From a virus (Duplodnaviria; Caudoviricetes), in the IMG/VR virus record IMGVR_UViG_3300031993_000012, positions 1 to 64,000 of that record: a stretch of DNA of 64,000 nt; one strand, given 5' to 3'. The notes under the pieces are model-generated. The model saw only the letters and a program-made list of their open reading frames with translations. It was not told the DNA's origin and did not search any database. Positions 1-11,062 of the stretch are shown one piece after another. The position numbers and the translations under genes are program-made. The number at the start of each line of letters is the position of its first letter. Position 1 is the first letter of the stretch.

Positions 1-315
1 TAATCCGGATGAATAATTCTCCATACTGGTAAATGATCTTATTTTTGTATATGTTGTACCATTTTCAGATTCATTGATTTTGTTGATTGAACCATTGCAT
101 GCAAATCCAACCAACAAATTATTTGGATCTTCATTGATATATGCCAATTTTGGTAAATCAATGTATAATCGTAAACGTATTATTGGAAAGAATGCATGAT
201 CGTAATCATTTATGATTGATATTGATACAACATCATCATTTGATAATATAATAGTATCTTCAATACCATTATAAATTGATATAGTAAATTCGTATAATGA
301 AGTATATTTAACCAT
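1..315 (-). CDS. Partial ORF (N-terminus only; runs off window start), probable virion/baseplate-region protein
   Basis: Open frame from ATG at 315 to the window edge (MVKYTSLYEF...DYDHAFFPIIRLRLYID...); not in the ORF track; function inferred from neighbourhood only. Confidence 0.55.
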   Translation of the reverse strand, partial: MVKYTSLYEFTISIYNGIEDTIILSNDDVVSISIINDYDHAFFPIIRLRLYIDLPKLAYINEDPNNLLVGFACNGSINKINESENGTTYTKIRSFTSMENYSSGL

Positions 316-376
316 AATTAGACCCCCAGACAAAATTGTAATCTCGCTTATAAAGCGTTATAATAATAAGAAAGAA

Positions 377-1330
377 GTGAATTTTATGATTCAGATTATA
401 CAGGAAACCGCATTACCAAAATTATCTCAGACTTCATTGTATGAGAAATTCAATGAAACCTCCGATATTTCAAACTCCGTTCGTGAAGAACTCAAACACG
501 CAAAATCATATACAGTTCCACCAGAGAAGATTGAAGAAGTCATTGCCATAATGAAGCTCAATGGTGATGCAATTTGCAAGAAAGCAATCGACGCATATAC
601 CAAAGGTGATATCATCATTATTGATAACAAAGAAACATCAAAGATTCCAACATGTTTACCGTACATGGTTGTCGGTCATGATAGTGTGTATAAAGCATTT
701 ATATTTGCAAATACATTCCTTGACGTTATCACATCACCGCAAGAAACACCGAAACTTATGGCAGTATTGGAAGCATCGTATATTGCGTTATGTTTAACCA
801 GAAAACCGAATTCTATCATAATGAATTCACAGCTGATGTTAACTTTGTGTAAGATTTATGTTACAATGGTTTCTGCACCACTGCAACAGAAAATATACAT
901 GAAAGGTGATAACCTGAATAAGGCAATCTTATATTTCATTACATACTTCTATATGTTATTCCGTGATGTAAATGAAATAGATGTAACATCAATTCCATTT
1001 GGTAAAATCATGGATGATAAGATTGATAACAAAGTTGCTGCAGCAATTATAGAAGATGCAAAAACAGTACAAGATCATCGTTTCATGGATTTGATTTCAA
1101 AGATTGTAAAGATTAATTCTGTACGTTATAAAGATCTTCCGTCAATGTATATGTCATATTTCACAACTGTATGTGGTGCTCCGCTCATATTCAGTATTGA
1201 GAATATTTCATACTTATTCCTGTTACTGACCTCTTCAGCATACAAAACTAACATGACTGGATATGGTTTGAATAAGATTATTCAGCTTCAATCCAAGAAG
1301 ATACTGTCGATTATGACAGGTATCGTTTAA
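377..1330 (+). CDS. Hypothetical protein (start may be ATG at 386)
   Basis: 317-aa ORF heading a co-directional structural operon; no motif recognised. Confidence 0.75.
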   Translation: MNFMIQIIQETALPKLSQTSLYEKFNETSDISNSVREELKHAKSYTVPPEKIEEVIAIMKLNGDAICKKAIDAYTKGDIIIIDNKETSKIPTCLPYMVVGHDSVYKAFIFANTFLDVITSPQETPKLMAVLEASYIALCLTRKPNSIIMNSQLMLTLCKIYVTMVSAPLQQKIYMKGDNLNKAILYFITYFYMLFRDVNEIDVTSIPFGKIMDDKIDNKVAAAIIEDAKTVQDHRFMDLISKIVKINSVRYKDLPSMYMSYFTTVCGAPLIFSIENISYLFLLLTSSAYKTNMTGYGLNKIIQLQSKKILSIMTGIV

Positions 1331-1362
1331 TCAATACTATTTCATTTTAGGTGGTGATTAAT

Positions 1363-2922
1363 ATGGCAGATAATGAATGGAAAGACACGGACCGAATATT
1401 ACAACCAACGCGTAGTAAATTTACTGGATATCCACAAACCAATGGAGAACCGTATGCAATGCATGAAACACGTCCATTGACCAAAGGTGACCATACATTA
1501 CGAGAAACCGAACCTTGGAAAAATGGTACGACAGAATATTATATCGATGATGCTGCAAAACATTTTACTCGCGATGTCGGAGATCCGGATTTAGCAAATA
1601 TTCCAGTTACATACGAATACACCGCGGACAATGGTCAAACGTTGGATATTCCAGTATTCTCGGGAGCAACAACCAATATCAATCCATTGAATGATCCGGT
1701 TAAACAGGATATACTGGAAACATCATTAGAAACATACCATGAACGTAATCACGATGGTAAAACATCACCATTACAACCATTTACTCGATCTGACCCGCAG
1801 ATTGCACACAGATCGATTATGTTTACATATAATAGAACAAAAATACCGGTTGCAGATGTAGAGTGGCGGAAGGGATTCCGCCATTTATTTTTCACACGTC
1901 CGGAATGTTATGTTATGTGTAATGATGGTGGAATTCGTTTATGTTCACAAACCGCAAATGACGAAGAGTTTTCTTCCACATATACACGACTCCCACATAT
2001 CGTTCAACAGTTAGCACCGTTCTATATTACGGGTTCATTTGAAGATGAGCAAGGTGCAACGGATGGATTATTAACGAATTGGAATTATTTGTTATCAAAT
2101 CGATCTGATGGATTTAATTCAACCGGAACACAAATGACAATTGTTGAAAATGTTGGTAAATCATACGGAGGTTTCTCAGTAAATCCAGCAGGTTTCGTTT
2201 CATCAAAAGTTGGTGGCACATTCGATGTTACATTCAATGAAACAAAGAATCTTGAATGTTATGAACAATTACGTTTATGGATGATATATATGGATAAAGT
2301 TCATAAAGGTATATTCGCACCATCATTCAATGGATATATGTATGAAAATCATTTCTATGATGCAGGTGTTGTTGTTGGTGCAAATAAGGTATTACATCCG
2401 TATGATCGTGCAATCGATTATGCAGCAACATTGTTTGATATTGTAACAAATGAAGCTGGTACAAAGATATTGTATTGGTGTAAGTATTATGGAATTTATC
2501 CAATATCAGCAACACCGCAATTATCCAATGCGACCAATTCTCCATTGGTTGGTGTTAAAACAAATGCACAATTCCGTTATATGTATAAACTTGAGAATGT
2601 TAATAAATCATTATTGGAGTTTAATTATAATGCAGGAATTGTTGGTAAAACCGGACAACTTACCAAAACGGCAATGGATTCATTACCATTCTTATTATCA
2701 GAATATGATGATAATAAATACATTGGTGCAGCAGGTATGTTTACGGGTTCACCATATATTGTAATGGGTCCAGATTGCCAAACAAATCTGCTGGATAAAA
2801 GCAGAAATCTCACAGTACCATACTTAAGATTCGCAAATTTATTTAACGAATCAATCAATAAAGAAATGAATCGGAATATTGTAAATGATGACACACAACG
2901 TTTACAACCGATCAGTTTATAA
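1363..2922 (+). CDS. Putative virion structural protein (tail-tube-like/baseplate component)
   Basis: Long ORF with FFTRPEC and IDYA...ILYWCKYYGIYP segments resembling tube-fold baseplate proteins of jumbo myophages; GGTGGTGA RBS before ATG 1363. Confidence 0.55.
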   Translation: MADNEWKDTDRILQPTRSKFTGYPQTNGEPYAMHETRPLTKGDHTLRETEPWKNGTTEYYIDDAAKHFTRDVGDPDLANIPVTYEYTADNGQTLDIPVFSGATTNINPLNDPVKQDILETSLETYHERNHDGKTSPLQPFTRSDPQIAHRSIMFTYNRTKIPVADVEWRKGFRHLFFTRPECYVMCNDGGIRLCSQTANDEEFSSTYTRLPHIVQQLAPFYITGSFEDEQGATDGLLTNWNYLLSNRSDGFNSTGTQMTIVENVGKSYGGFSVNPAGFVSSKVGGTFDVTFNETKNLECYEQLRLWMIYMDKVHKGIFAPSFNGYMYENHFYDAGVVVGANKVLHPYDRAIDYAATLFDIVTNEAGTKILYWCKYYGIYPISATPQLSNATNSPLVGVKTNAQFRYMYKLENVNKSLLEFNYNAGIVGKTGQLTKTAMDSLPFLLSEYDDNKYIGAAGMFTGSPYIVMGPDCQTNLLDKSRNLTVPYLRFANLFNESINKEMNRNIVNDDTQRLQPISL

Positions 2923-2940
2923 GAAAGGAAGGTGTTATCA

Positions 2941-5280
2941 ATGGCGGAAAACAAACAGCAATTCATCATTGATGGATTGATGCATGACATCGTAGGTACA
3001 CCACCAGCGTCGTCAAAAGAATATCAAAAAGTATCCAAAGAAGAAATCCAGGATACAATAACCAAAATATTTAAACAATATAATTTGTCAACCAACAACA
3101 GTTTCGTCACCAAGGTTGCACAAATTAAATGGGATGATAAATCACAAACCATTGATATGGATTCAATACCACAACAACTTCAGGACGCTGCATTCTTACC
3201 GGTAAATACAATTGCAGATATTGCATTACGTCAAGATCTCGATCTGGTAATATCACAAATACCAGAATGGTTTACAGCATTACAAATTACACGTGATGCA
3301 ATATGTGAATCTGATGTTGTTACAGGTAGAATGGCACGTAACATAACATTCGATCGTACCAATATGAAAGAACCAGAAATCGAATCCATTATGGAAAAAA
3401 TCAATGAGGTTGAAGAAAGATTAGATCTTGATTCTATTATCAAGAACCATTGTATCTTCAATACACTTCAATATGGTGAAGGATATTTGTATGTCGTTCC
3501 ATATGCAAAAGTATTCCAGGATTTATATAAATTCAAAACCAACGCATCCAAAAAGAAGTTTGGTAAATTATCCGGAAATACAATGTCGAATATGTTCCAG
3601 CTTCAAACTAATACCAACGGATATGGTTACAGTGAAACATTTGAAGTTTCATTAAAAGATGCAATCATCAATGAACATCACGCTGATAAAAAATCTGATT
3701 CTGTATTCACCGAATCAGAAATCATTGAATGTTATCCTTGGTATCATGATACACAATTCACCAATCAGAAACAGATGTCGGATAAACTCGATGAGGATAT
3801 TGCATTTATGGCAGAGAATATCACTTACATCGAACAAGATGTTGCATTACCCGTAATTGATGAAGAACCATACGAAATAGAAGCAGCATATGCGGCACAT
3901 ATGAAAGCATCTCCACAGCATTCACCATTCGTTCAGGAATCAGATATATTCACCGAAGTCAATACTAAGGATGATAACAACGATGGTATACTCAATGAAT
4001 TCCAGAATATCAAAGGTATCTATCTCCGTATACTTCCATCAACGAAACTCATTCCAATTCGTATTGATCGTGAAATAATCGGTTATTATTACATTGCAGA
4101 TATGACCAAAGCTGAACAAGCTGGACAGCGTAAGAACTCCGGACTTTCAGGATATACGTTACGTTCACCATCAGTTGGTTATGATACATTTGCTCCTGAT
4201 CAAATGTTATGTGAAAAATTAGCCACCAAAATCATCAATAACTTCAATCTGAAATTCATGCGTAACAATACATCTCTTCATAAACAAATCGTCTCCATAC
4301 TGATGGGACACAAATTCAACGAAGCCATGTTACGATTTGTTTTTATTCCTGCAGAGCATGTCGTCCAGTTTACTATTAACAAAGATGGTATGAACAAAGG
4401 ACATTCGATGTTGGAGCCAGGATTGGTTACTGCAAGAATGTACATGTTCCTTAAACTGTATTCGTTATTATTCCAGATTAATAACTCTGCTGTTAGAGTG
4501 TATTATCTCCATATGTCTGGAATTGATAATGATTACAGACAATTCGTCCAGCAAACAATCCGTAAGTTTGCAGCACGTCGTATTACGGCGAATGATATAT
4601 TCAATTATCGTTCGTCGATGTATAAAGTATCTGGTGGTTCTGAACTTATAATGCCTATGGGTGCTGGTGATAAAGCACCAATTACATTTGATACGATACA
4701 ACCATCTGAAGCGCCAATCAGTAATGAATTACTTGAACAATTGAAGAATGAATCAATCAATTCAACACCGGTTCCATCGTTAATGGTACAAACCGGCGGA
4801 CAATCGGAAATCGAATTTGCAAAAGAAACTGAGTTGGCGAATACACGTTTCAATACGATGATATCTTCGTATAAGATTGATTTCAACAAAGATAATACCA
4901 AGTTATATCGTATAATAATGAAATGGGAAACTGATATTCCTGATGAAGTTATTGCAACAATGCGTTATGTATTAAGAATGCCGATGGCAAAACAACTTGG
5001 TGTTACTACTGAAATGATACAGAACTTTGATGCAGTTGCTGAAATGAATGTCAAAACATTCCTCACAGCTGAAGAAGCAAAAGCTCCTCAAAACAGTGAA
5101 GGATATTCCGATGTTGTTCGTGAATTCAGAAAGCTTATGTTAGCGGATATGATTCCACAGATTGACATTGACCATTATGAGGAACTCGCAAACAAAGCAC
5201 GTGAAAATGCGGGTAAATTGAAACTCGCAGAAACCAATAAAGCTGAGAATCTTATAGCACAAGACGAAGAAGAAATGTAA
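2941..5280 (+). CDS. Putative portal protein
   Basis: About 780 aa; TLQYGEGYLYV, IGYYYI, RVYY and IEFAKETELANTRF segments match my recollection of T4/jumbo-type portal architecture; AAGGAAGG RBS. Confidence 0.65.
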   Translation: MAENKQQFIIDGLMHDIVGTPPASSKEYQKVSKEEIQDTITKIFKQYNLSTNNSFVTKVAQIKWDDKSQTIDMDSIPQQLQDAAFLPVNTIADIALRQDLDLVISQIPEWFTALQITRDAICESDVVTGRMARNITFDRTNMKEPEIESIMEKINEVEERLDLDSIIKNHCIFNTLQYGEGYLYVVPYAKVFQDLYKFKTNASKKKFGKLSGNTMSNMFQLQTNTNGYGYSETFEVSLKDAIINEHHADKKSDSVFTESEIIECYPWYHDTQFTNQKQMSDKLDEDIAFMAENITYIEQDVALPVIDEEPYEIEAAYAAHMKASPQHSPFVQESDIFTEVNTKDDNNDGILNEFQNIKGIYLRILPSTKLIPIRIDREIIGYYYIADMTKAEQAGQRKNSGLSGYTLRSPSVGYDTFAPDQMLCEKLATKIINNFNLKFMRNNTSLHKQIVSILMGHKFNEAMLRFVFIPAEHVVQFTINKDGMNKGHSMLEPGLVTARMYMFLKLYSLLFQINNSAVRVYYLHMSGIDNDYRQFVQQTIRKFAARRITANDIFNYRSSMYKVSGGSELIMPMGAGDKAPITFDTIQPSEAPISNELLEQLKNESINSTPVPSLMVQTGGQSEIEFAKETELANTRFNTMISSYKIDFNKDNTKLYRIIMKWETDIPDEVIATMRYVLRMPMAKQLGVTTEMIQNFDAVAEMNVKTFLTAEEAKAPQNSEGYSDVVREFRKLMLADMIPQIDIDHYEELANKARENAGKLKLAETNKAENLIAQDEEEM

Positions 5281-5291
5281 GGTGATAATGT

Positions 5292-6737
5292 ATGAAGATA
5301 GAAAAGACTACGACAGGTGTAATCATACATGATCCAACTGATGAAATGAAACGGAAGATATTGAGGTATTTTTCGTTGAATAATCCAACACGTGAATTCT
5401 TTATTTACACCGGTAATGATTCCAAGTTACCATTGTTCGGTGATCACGATACTATTTATATCACATCTGGTATTCTTGGTATTAAAGACGAAGCTCTTCA
5501 GAAGATGCTGAAAGGATATAAAACAATTGAGACATTGACACCTGTATCATTCGAACTCGATATCAAGAACATGAAACCACGATCAAGATTCCAAGAAGAT
5601 TGTATTGGTGCAATGGTGAAATGTACAAAACCGAAATTAGCAGTTGAGGCGAAGGGTGCTTCAGGAAAGACTTTCATGTCGTCATATGCAATTCAACAGC
5701 TTCATCTGAAGCCACTCATCATTACACCTACAGCAAACCTCAAGAATCAATGGATTGAGAACTTTGAGAACTTCGGTATTGAACGCAAAGACATTGCAAC
5801 CAATATTCATGATGGAAAAAATAAAAAGATGACAATTGTTACGATTGCTTCACTTGGTAATGAGCTTCGTAAAGATTGGAAAGCTCTTATGAAATCCATT
5901 GAGGATGCTCGTTACGGTATCAAAGTTATCGATGAAGCTCACTTAGCACTCAAAGCAATTATGAGATTTGATGCTATATGTAATATCAAACACAATTGGT
6001 ATTTGTCTGCAACTCTCGGTCGTAGTAGTATGGAAGAAGATGATATTCTGAATCGTATGTATCTTGATGCAGAACGATTCGTTGGTAATGCGTCATATGA
6101 AGAATACCAAAAAGAATATATTAACATTTATCTTCAGGATATTCATTATTATCCATCAAGAAAGTTATGTGAAGATTATCTTAGATTCGGCACAAAAGGA
6201 TTGATAAAAGCATCATACTATAATATGTTGATGCACTACCAAGACGGAAGACCATTTCTGAGTAATGTAATCAGAATGATTAAGATTGCAAAAAATACCG
6301 AAACATACGATGGACGAATATTGATACTGTTACCGATGTTGGAAATCATTGATACCGTGGTTAGAATAATGAAACGTGATCCGTTCTTTGATGGTGCAAA
6401 GATTGGTGTTATAAACGGAAAGATCCCAATGCGCGATCGTGTACAATCAATGGAATGTGATTACATATTATCAACATCCGCATCTGCGGGAACGGGAGTT
6501 GACTTTAAGAATCTTGGTTGTGTGGTTAATTTTGATCAAGCAGCATCATTGATTATAACAGAACAAATCGTTGTTCGTTTGCGTGACCGTGGAAAAGAAT
6601 GTTGGTATTTTGACATTCGTGATATTGTCAAATATGCACGTTCGTTTGAACATTGGGGACGTAATCGAAGAATGGTATTGAGTTATATTCCTGGAGTACA
6701 TCCGGAGTTGAAAAAATTACCCGATATAAAATGTTAA
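5292..6737 (+). CDS. Superfamily 2 helicase (UvsW/DExH-like)
   Basis: Walker A GASGKT, motif Ia TPTANLKNQW, DEAH, motif III SAT, motif V GTGVD, motif VI variant QIVVRLR. Confidence 0.9.
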   Translation: MKIEKTTTGVIIHDPTDEMKRKILRYFSLNNPTREFFIYTGNDSKLPLFGDHDTIYITSGILGIKDEALQKMLKGYKTIETLTPVSFELDIKNMKPRSRFQEDCIGAMVKCTKPKLAVEAKGASGKTFMSSYAIQQLHLKPLIITPTANLKNQWIENFENFGIERKDIATNIHDGKNKKMTIVTIASLGNELRKDWKALMKSIEDARYGIKVIDEAHLALKAIMRFDAICNIKHNWYLSATLGRSSMEEDDILNRMYLDAERFVGNASYEEYQKEYINIYLQDIHYYPSRKLCEDYLRFGTKGLIKASYYNMLMHYQDGRPFLSNVIRMIKIAKNTETYDGRILILLPMLEIIDTVVRIMKRDPFFDGAKIGVINGKIPMRDRVQSMECDYILSTSASAGTGVDFKNLGCVVNFDQAASLIITEQIVVRLRDRGKECWYFDIRDIVKYARSFEHWGRNRRMVLSYIPGVHPELKKLPDIKC

Positions 6738-6743
6738 ATAAAC

Positions 6744-6776
6744 AAAAAAGAATGCTCCCGTAATGGGAGCATTCTT
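6744..6776. terminator. Intrinsic terminator between convergent genes
   Basis: AAAAAAGAATGCTCCC-gtaat-GGGAGCATTCTT hairpin with an A-tract (U-tract on the minus strand). Confidence 0.75.
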
Positions 6777-6792
6777 AAATCGTTTGGACACA

Positions 6793-7455
6793 TTACTTGG
6801 CGAAATTCTTGTTAATGAATTCGATCAAACCTGCATAATTCGGATCACTGTCGAATCCGATACGACCCATTGAGTCGTAACACAGGAGTATAGTTTCTTC
6901 ATTGACAATATTCTCGTTCGTGAGTATAATTTTGTTTCTATCCGATTTCATCATCCAGTCATCAATGATAACTTTACCCGGGAAATTTATAACATGGTCG
7001 AATGTCATTAAATTAGAAATGAGTTTTGTCATTATGTAATGACTCCACTTCTTACCCATGAGATTCTCGATATTCGGATTACCACTATTTATCGATCGAA
7101 AGAACTGACCGATCTTCTTGTTGTCACCTGTTCTCAGGCTAACGACGCCGTGGTTATCAACGCCGTTGATAAGCGTATCATGCCAACGGAATCTGAAATT
7201 AAGATCATTGCTGTCATTCGTCCACACCTTTATTTCGTCTGTACCCTCGATCATAGCGATTGCTCTGTAGATGGCAACCTCAATCTCCTGGCGGATTTCG
7301 AGCGGGTGCTTCGGTGTCGGCTGTGATGTAGGGGTCTTTGTCTGTGAGGGCTGTGCTTTCGACTGGGTCTGCTTCGGGTTCACTGCATCCTTGGCGTTGT
7401 TTGTGATTTCCTTTACGTTAGAAATGATTGAGTTAATGTTGTTCATGATATCCAT
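6793..7455 (-). CDS. Hypothetical protein (accessory, probably early)
   Basis: 220-aa ORF, AAGGAG RBS, upstream ATATATATTATT promoter-like motif. Confidence 0.75.
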   Translation of the reverse strand: MDIMNNINSIISNVKEITNNAKDAVNPKQTQSKAQPSQTKTPTSQPTPKHPLEIRQEIEVAIYRAIAMIEGTDEIKVWTNDSNDLNFRFRWHDTLINGVDNHGVVSLRTGDNKKIGQFFRSINSGNPNIENLMGKKWSHYIMTKLISNLMTFDHVINFPGKVIIDDWMMKSDRNKIILTNENIVNEETILLCYDSMGRIGFDSDPNYAGLIEFINKNFAK

Positions 7456-7505
7456 ATAATCATGCTCCTTTAAATTATAATGTAATAGATACTCTCATAT
7501 CTATC

Positions 7506-7531
7506 CATAAGAATAATATATATGTAGAATT
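7506..7531 (-). promoter_or_regulatory. Putative phage early promoter motif
   Basis: Minus strand reads ATTCTACATATATATTATTCTTAT, matching a motif repeated upstream of about 13 genes in the window. Confidence 0.6.
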
Positions 7532-7562
7532 TCAAAAAAAATAGCAAAAAAGGAAGCGCTCG

Positions 7563-7838
7563 TTATGAGCGCTTTTTCTGTAATTCCCGAACTCTCTCAA
7601 GTTCAGTTGGGTCCCATTCAAAATTCATCCCGTATACCGCATATATGTTTGCGGTATTGAAAATCGTGTTTCCTTCATTTTCAAGATTGATACCATCATT
7701 CTTGATACTACGTCCGTTCAACCATATATCATATATGGCATTATTTATATTTGTAAAAATACGATATTGATTTTCAGTAGTACTGAAACAATATTCGCGG
7801 TTTAGATTATACCAAACATTGTTATTACTTTTTATCAT
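7563..7838 (-). CDS. Hypothetical protein (cassette cargo)
   Basis: 91-aa ORF with AAAGGAGG RBS; terminator hairpin overlaps its stop. Confidence 0.7.
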   Translation of the reverse strand: MIKSNNNVWYNLNREYCFSTTENQYRIFTNINNAIYDIWLNGRSIKNDGINLENEGNTIFNTANIYAVYGMNFEWDPTELERVRELQKKRS

Positions 7839-7854
7839 AAATCATTCCTCCTTT

Positions 7855-7973
7855 CGGAATTATGTTTAATTTTAATGCCCGATATTATAATCCTCCCTCG
7901 GGCACGGGTCTTTGATGAATACCGCCTGGACATTAACGCTATTATTATACACCCGCGTTGAGATGGGTGTTTT
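7855..7973 (-). repeat. Intercistronic repeat elements shared with 17890-17960 and 60387-60432
   Basis: AAAACACCCATCTCAACGCGGGTGTATAATAATAGCGT is identical at 60387-60424; AAAGACCC.TGYCCGAGGGAGG(G)ATTATAATATCGGGCA is near-identical at 17918-17955. Confidence 0.85.
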
Positions 7974-8030
7974 TAGATTATATCAGTCCCAGCAATGCTT
8001 TTGCCAGGAAGTGTATTAAGCGTGGAACCA

Positions 8031-8657
8031 TTAAAGCTCCACCACTTTTCTGATATATTCCTTGACATCTTCAGGGATATTGATTGTGCTGAGGAATTCC
8101 TCGAAGTCCTCAGGACGAATGTCGTCCTCGAACTTCGCGTTTCCGCTTCTTACGGTAATGAAGCATCTCTGCTTCATGCCGTATACATGAATGTATACGA
8201 CACCGTATGTGGCTCCATTAACGGAAACAGAGTCACCAAGAAGACCCTTTTCTCCTTCCCAGCGATACTGATCTACATCTGTCTGCTTCATACTCTTAGG
8301 CACGGGTATTGCTCTCCATGCCTTTGTGAGATTGAATTTCGGCTGACCACCACTCCAACTGGAAGTTGGGAGTTCAGGTTTTTTAGTCTTTTCCTTGACT
8401 TTGATCTCACAGAAATCTGTAATGGGTTCGGGCTTAACCTCTACAGGCTCTTCCTTAACCTTAACCTCGATTTCCGGCTTATTGTTGTTGAATCTCTCGG
8501 CTATGTTGCCGATGATTTCAACAAGGCTGTTGAAATTGCCACCGCTTGTGGCAATCTCTTGGGCTGAAGCCTCTGATGTGATTTCCAGTCCTTTGAGCTC
8601 TACAGGCTGGTCATCAATTGTGAATGCGAGTGAATCAAGTTTAAATGTTGTTTTCAT
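8031..8657 (-). CDS. Hypothetical protein (cassette cargo), start MKTTFK
   Basis: GAGGT RBS precedes ATG 8657; the upstream MYAGPRG extension belongs to a repeated leader. Confidence 0.75.
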   Translation of the reverse strand: MKTTFKLDSLAFTIDDQPVELKGLEITSEASAQEIATSGGNFNSLVEIIGNIAERFNNNKPEIEVKVKEEPVEVKPEPITDFCEIKVKEKTKKPELPTSSWSGGQPKFNLTKAWRAIPVPKSMKQTDVDQYRWEGEKGLLGDSVSVNGATYGVVYIHVYGMKQRCFITVRSGNAKFEDDIRPEDFEEFLSTINIPEDVKEYIRKVVEL

Positions 8658-8795
8658 AATAATACCTCTGGGACCTGCATACATAATTTGCAGGCTGATT
8701 GACGAGATCACTTGCGCCCTGAAATGAATAATATTTGAGTGAAGATCGAATATATTTTATTCTTTCTTCATATTAATAATATATATATGGAATCT
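8658..8795 (-). repeat. Conserved promoter + structured leader cassette, copy A
   Basis: About 135 nt, highly similar to 60558-60694 and clearly related to 17373-17501 and 59845-59989. Confidence 0.9.
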
Positions 8796-8913
8796 TAATA
8801 TTCTCGATATAATTATATCCAGATGAATACTGAAATTGTAATTAGATATACTACTATAGTATATCTACAGAAGTAGACAATTTTTATTCTTAAGAAAGAA
8901 CGGTGATTATATT

Positions 8914-10701
8914 ATGGCTAATGACAAGCTCGATGAGCTGCTCCGTAGACATGCAGTAGCAGACGACATCAAAACACCAGAAACCAATGATTTCAAAGAA
9001 ACACCAATTCCAGAACCCACAATCTCAACTGAACCAGATACGGATCAGCTCGATCCATCGTACGATATCGATTATGGTGACAATGATTTAGAGGATGAGA
9101 TCAAAGCCGAAGAGGATGCACGTCAGAAGGAACGTGAAGCATTATATGCTCAGGCAGAAAAGCAGAATATCCCGAATGCATTCCAGGCTCCTGATGAGAA
9201 AGATGAACAGTATAATCGTGAAGCGATTGGATTTCAATCGGAGAAGCTCGCGGTTGTCGCACAAATGGTCAACAGAGTTGTTGCTAAACATCATATCATA
9301 TCTGGCGAAATTCCGGATGTAAGAAAGTTACCCGGTGGCGGAGTTGTTCAGAAGATGCATATCATGGGTGACCTCATTGATATATATCACAATTCCGGTG
9401 AAAAGATTACACCTGAATTCGAAGATCTGATACTGTCAAACTGGATTCTTCCGAATGGTAAAACTGCAAAAGAAGAAATTGCAGAAAAGGGTTCAATTGG
9501 TTCCACAGCAAATCAGCCGGTTGCTAATGATACCACATCATCAATACCAACATCAGCTCCTCTTCAGATCAATGTTGATGTACAGCCGAATACACCGGTA
9601 ACAATCAATGTTGACGAATCAATTACAGCTAATATCGATAATATAAAAGAAATCGATGTACTCGTAAAAGAAGTAACAACTCTTGAGATGGAGAAAGCTG
9701 TAATTGTAAACAATTCTGATGAACCCGGCGTAATTACTCAGTATGATACAGGTATAAATGATCAGCCTGTAACATTACCACGTTCTGCATATAGATGTTC
9801 AGAAGGAGCAATCAACTGGTTTGATTTCGTAAAACTTACATCATCTCCGTCCAGCGGTAATATGGCTGATAATGAACTTCGTAAATGGAGTATCATTTAT
9901 AAACATATGAAGAATGTATCAATTGGAGCTTTTTCAGATTTCAATGATTTCTTGAAGAAAACCAAGTATGCAGACAGAGAACTTCTTATGTGGTCATTGT
10001 TGGTTGCAACTGCTGACCCTGAAGAAGATATCGTAATCACATGTGGTAATCCGGATTGTGGCGAGGATAACACATACAAATATGCGCCTTCAAAGATTAT
10101 ACACTTTGATGAATCATTACTGCCGAAATACTACAAGGCTGTACACGATGCTTCAGTTGGTCCGGAGGCAATAAAGTTATGGAATGATAAATCCAATACA
10201 AGAAAGCTTTATACACTCCCTAGCAAACGTGTAACTGTGGAACTTGAAGATCCTTCTGTATATGATTACATTTATTACAAACTCCCGATTATCAACAATT
10301 TGTATCAGCGTTATCGTCCCGGTCATAACTTCGGTGAAAATACACGTGAACTTCAGAACGAAGACATGGTTGAATTCCAGCTGTTATTATCAATGGCACT
10401 TTCAATCTCAGCCGTAATCATTCATAAAGATGGTAAAGATTATCGTTTCGATAAATGGGAGCGTATCGAAGAAGTAATTACTACAGCATTAGACAATACT
10501 GATTCTGGTGTATTGATTAAGCTGACTCAGGTTGTTGCCGAGAAGAATGATTGCTTTGCATTCTATCTGGAAGATATCACTTGTCCGAAGTGTGGTCGTC
10601 ACAGCAAACGTATTCCGATAAATGATATCTCAGAGACACTGCTTTCCCAATTATCTCAACGGCTGAACAATATAGATATCAACTTGACAGACATGGAATA
10701 G
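8914..10701 (+). CDS. Putative baseplate hub assembly protein (T4 gp26/gp51-like C-terminal half)
   Basis: Two Cys pairs (CGNPDC, CPKC) about 175 aa apart with DRELLMWSLLVAT between; acidic low-complexity N-terminus. Confidence 0.55.
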   Translation: MANDKLDELLRRHAVADDIKTPETNDFKETPIPEPTISTEPDTDQLDPSYDIDYGDNDLEDEIKAEEDARQKEREALYAQAEKQNIPNAFQAPDEKDEQYNREAIGFQSEKLAVVAQMVNRVVAKHHIISGEIPDVRKLPGGGVVQKMHIMGDLIDIYHNSGEKITPEFEDLILSNWILPNGKTAKEEIAEKGSIGSTANQPVANDTTSSIPTSAPLQINVDVQPNTPVTINVDESITANIDNIKEIDVLVKEVTTLEMEKAVIVNNSDEPGVITQYDTGINDQPVTLPRSAYRCSEGAINWFDFVKLTSSPSSGNMADNELRKWSIIYKHMKNVSIGAFSDFNDFLKKTKYADRELLMWSLLVATADPEEDIVITCGNPDCGEDNTYKYAPSKIIHFDESLLPKYYKAVHDASVGPEAIKLWNDKSNTRKLYTLPSKRVTVELEDPSVYDYIYYKLPIINNLYQRYRPGHNFGENTRELQNEDMVEFQLLLSMALSISAVIIHKDGKDYRFDKWERIEEVITTALDNTDSGVLIKLTQVVAEKNDCFAFYLEDITCPKCGRHSKRIPINDISETLLSQLSQRLNNIDINLTDME

Positions 10702-10703
10702 AG

Positions 10704-10898
10704 TTGATAAACTATGCTCAACTATTGAAGAATATTATTCCAATAGGAGTACTTATGGAAATGCCACTACCATTCGTACATCGCCTACGAGACTTACGAA
10801 TTGAGCAATTAGAGGCACAACGAAAGGAACAAGAAAACGAATCAACACCAAGTATCGATGCTGATACTTTAGCAGAAGCATTAGAAGACGGCATGTGA
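10704..10898 (+). CDS. Small protein, possible baseplate-hub assembly partner
   Basis: 64-aa ORF directly after the hub gene; LMEMP motif typical of small hub/tail chaperone partners. Confidence 0.5.
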   Translation: MINYAQLLKNIIPIGVLMEMPLPFVHRLRDLRIEQLEAQRKEQENESTPSIDADTLAEALEDGM

Positions 10899-10918
10899 TC
10901 ATCATCGAGGTGATTACT

Positions 10919-11062
10919 ATGTATGCAACTTTAAATGATTTCATTTTCATCATAATAAATAATAACGGATTGAGATACGTGGCTAACAACTACGACTCAA
11001 TCCGTGAAGATTATTATGCACAAAAAGAATCAAACGATAAGGATGTAAATAAATATGTTTAA
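10919..11062 (+). CDS. Small 47-aa ORF (MYATLNDF...), or N-terminal part of the next gene
   Basis: GAGGTGA RBS and open frame to TAA at 11060-11062, overlapping the next ATG; below the ORF-track cutoff. Confidence 0.45.
   Translation: MYATLNDFIFIIINNNGLRYVANNYDSIREDYYAQKESNDKDVNKYV

Noticed and set aside
7995-8567. 190-aa plus-strand ORF
   Set aside because: Antisense shadow of 8031-8657, which has the RBS, leader cassette and biased codon usage
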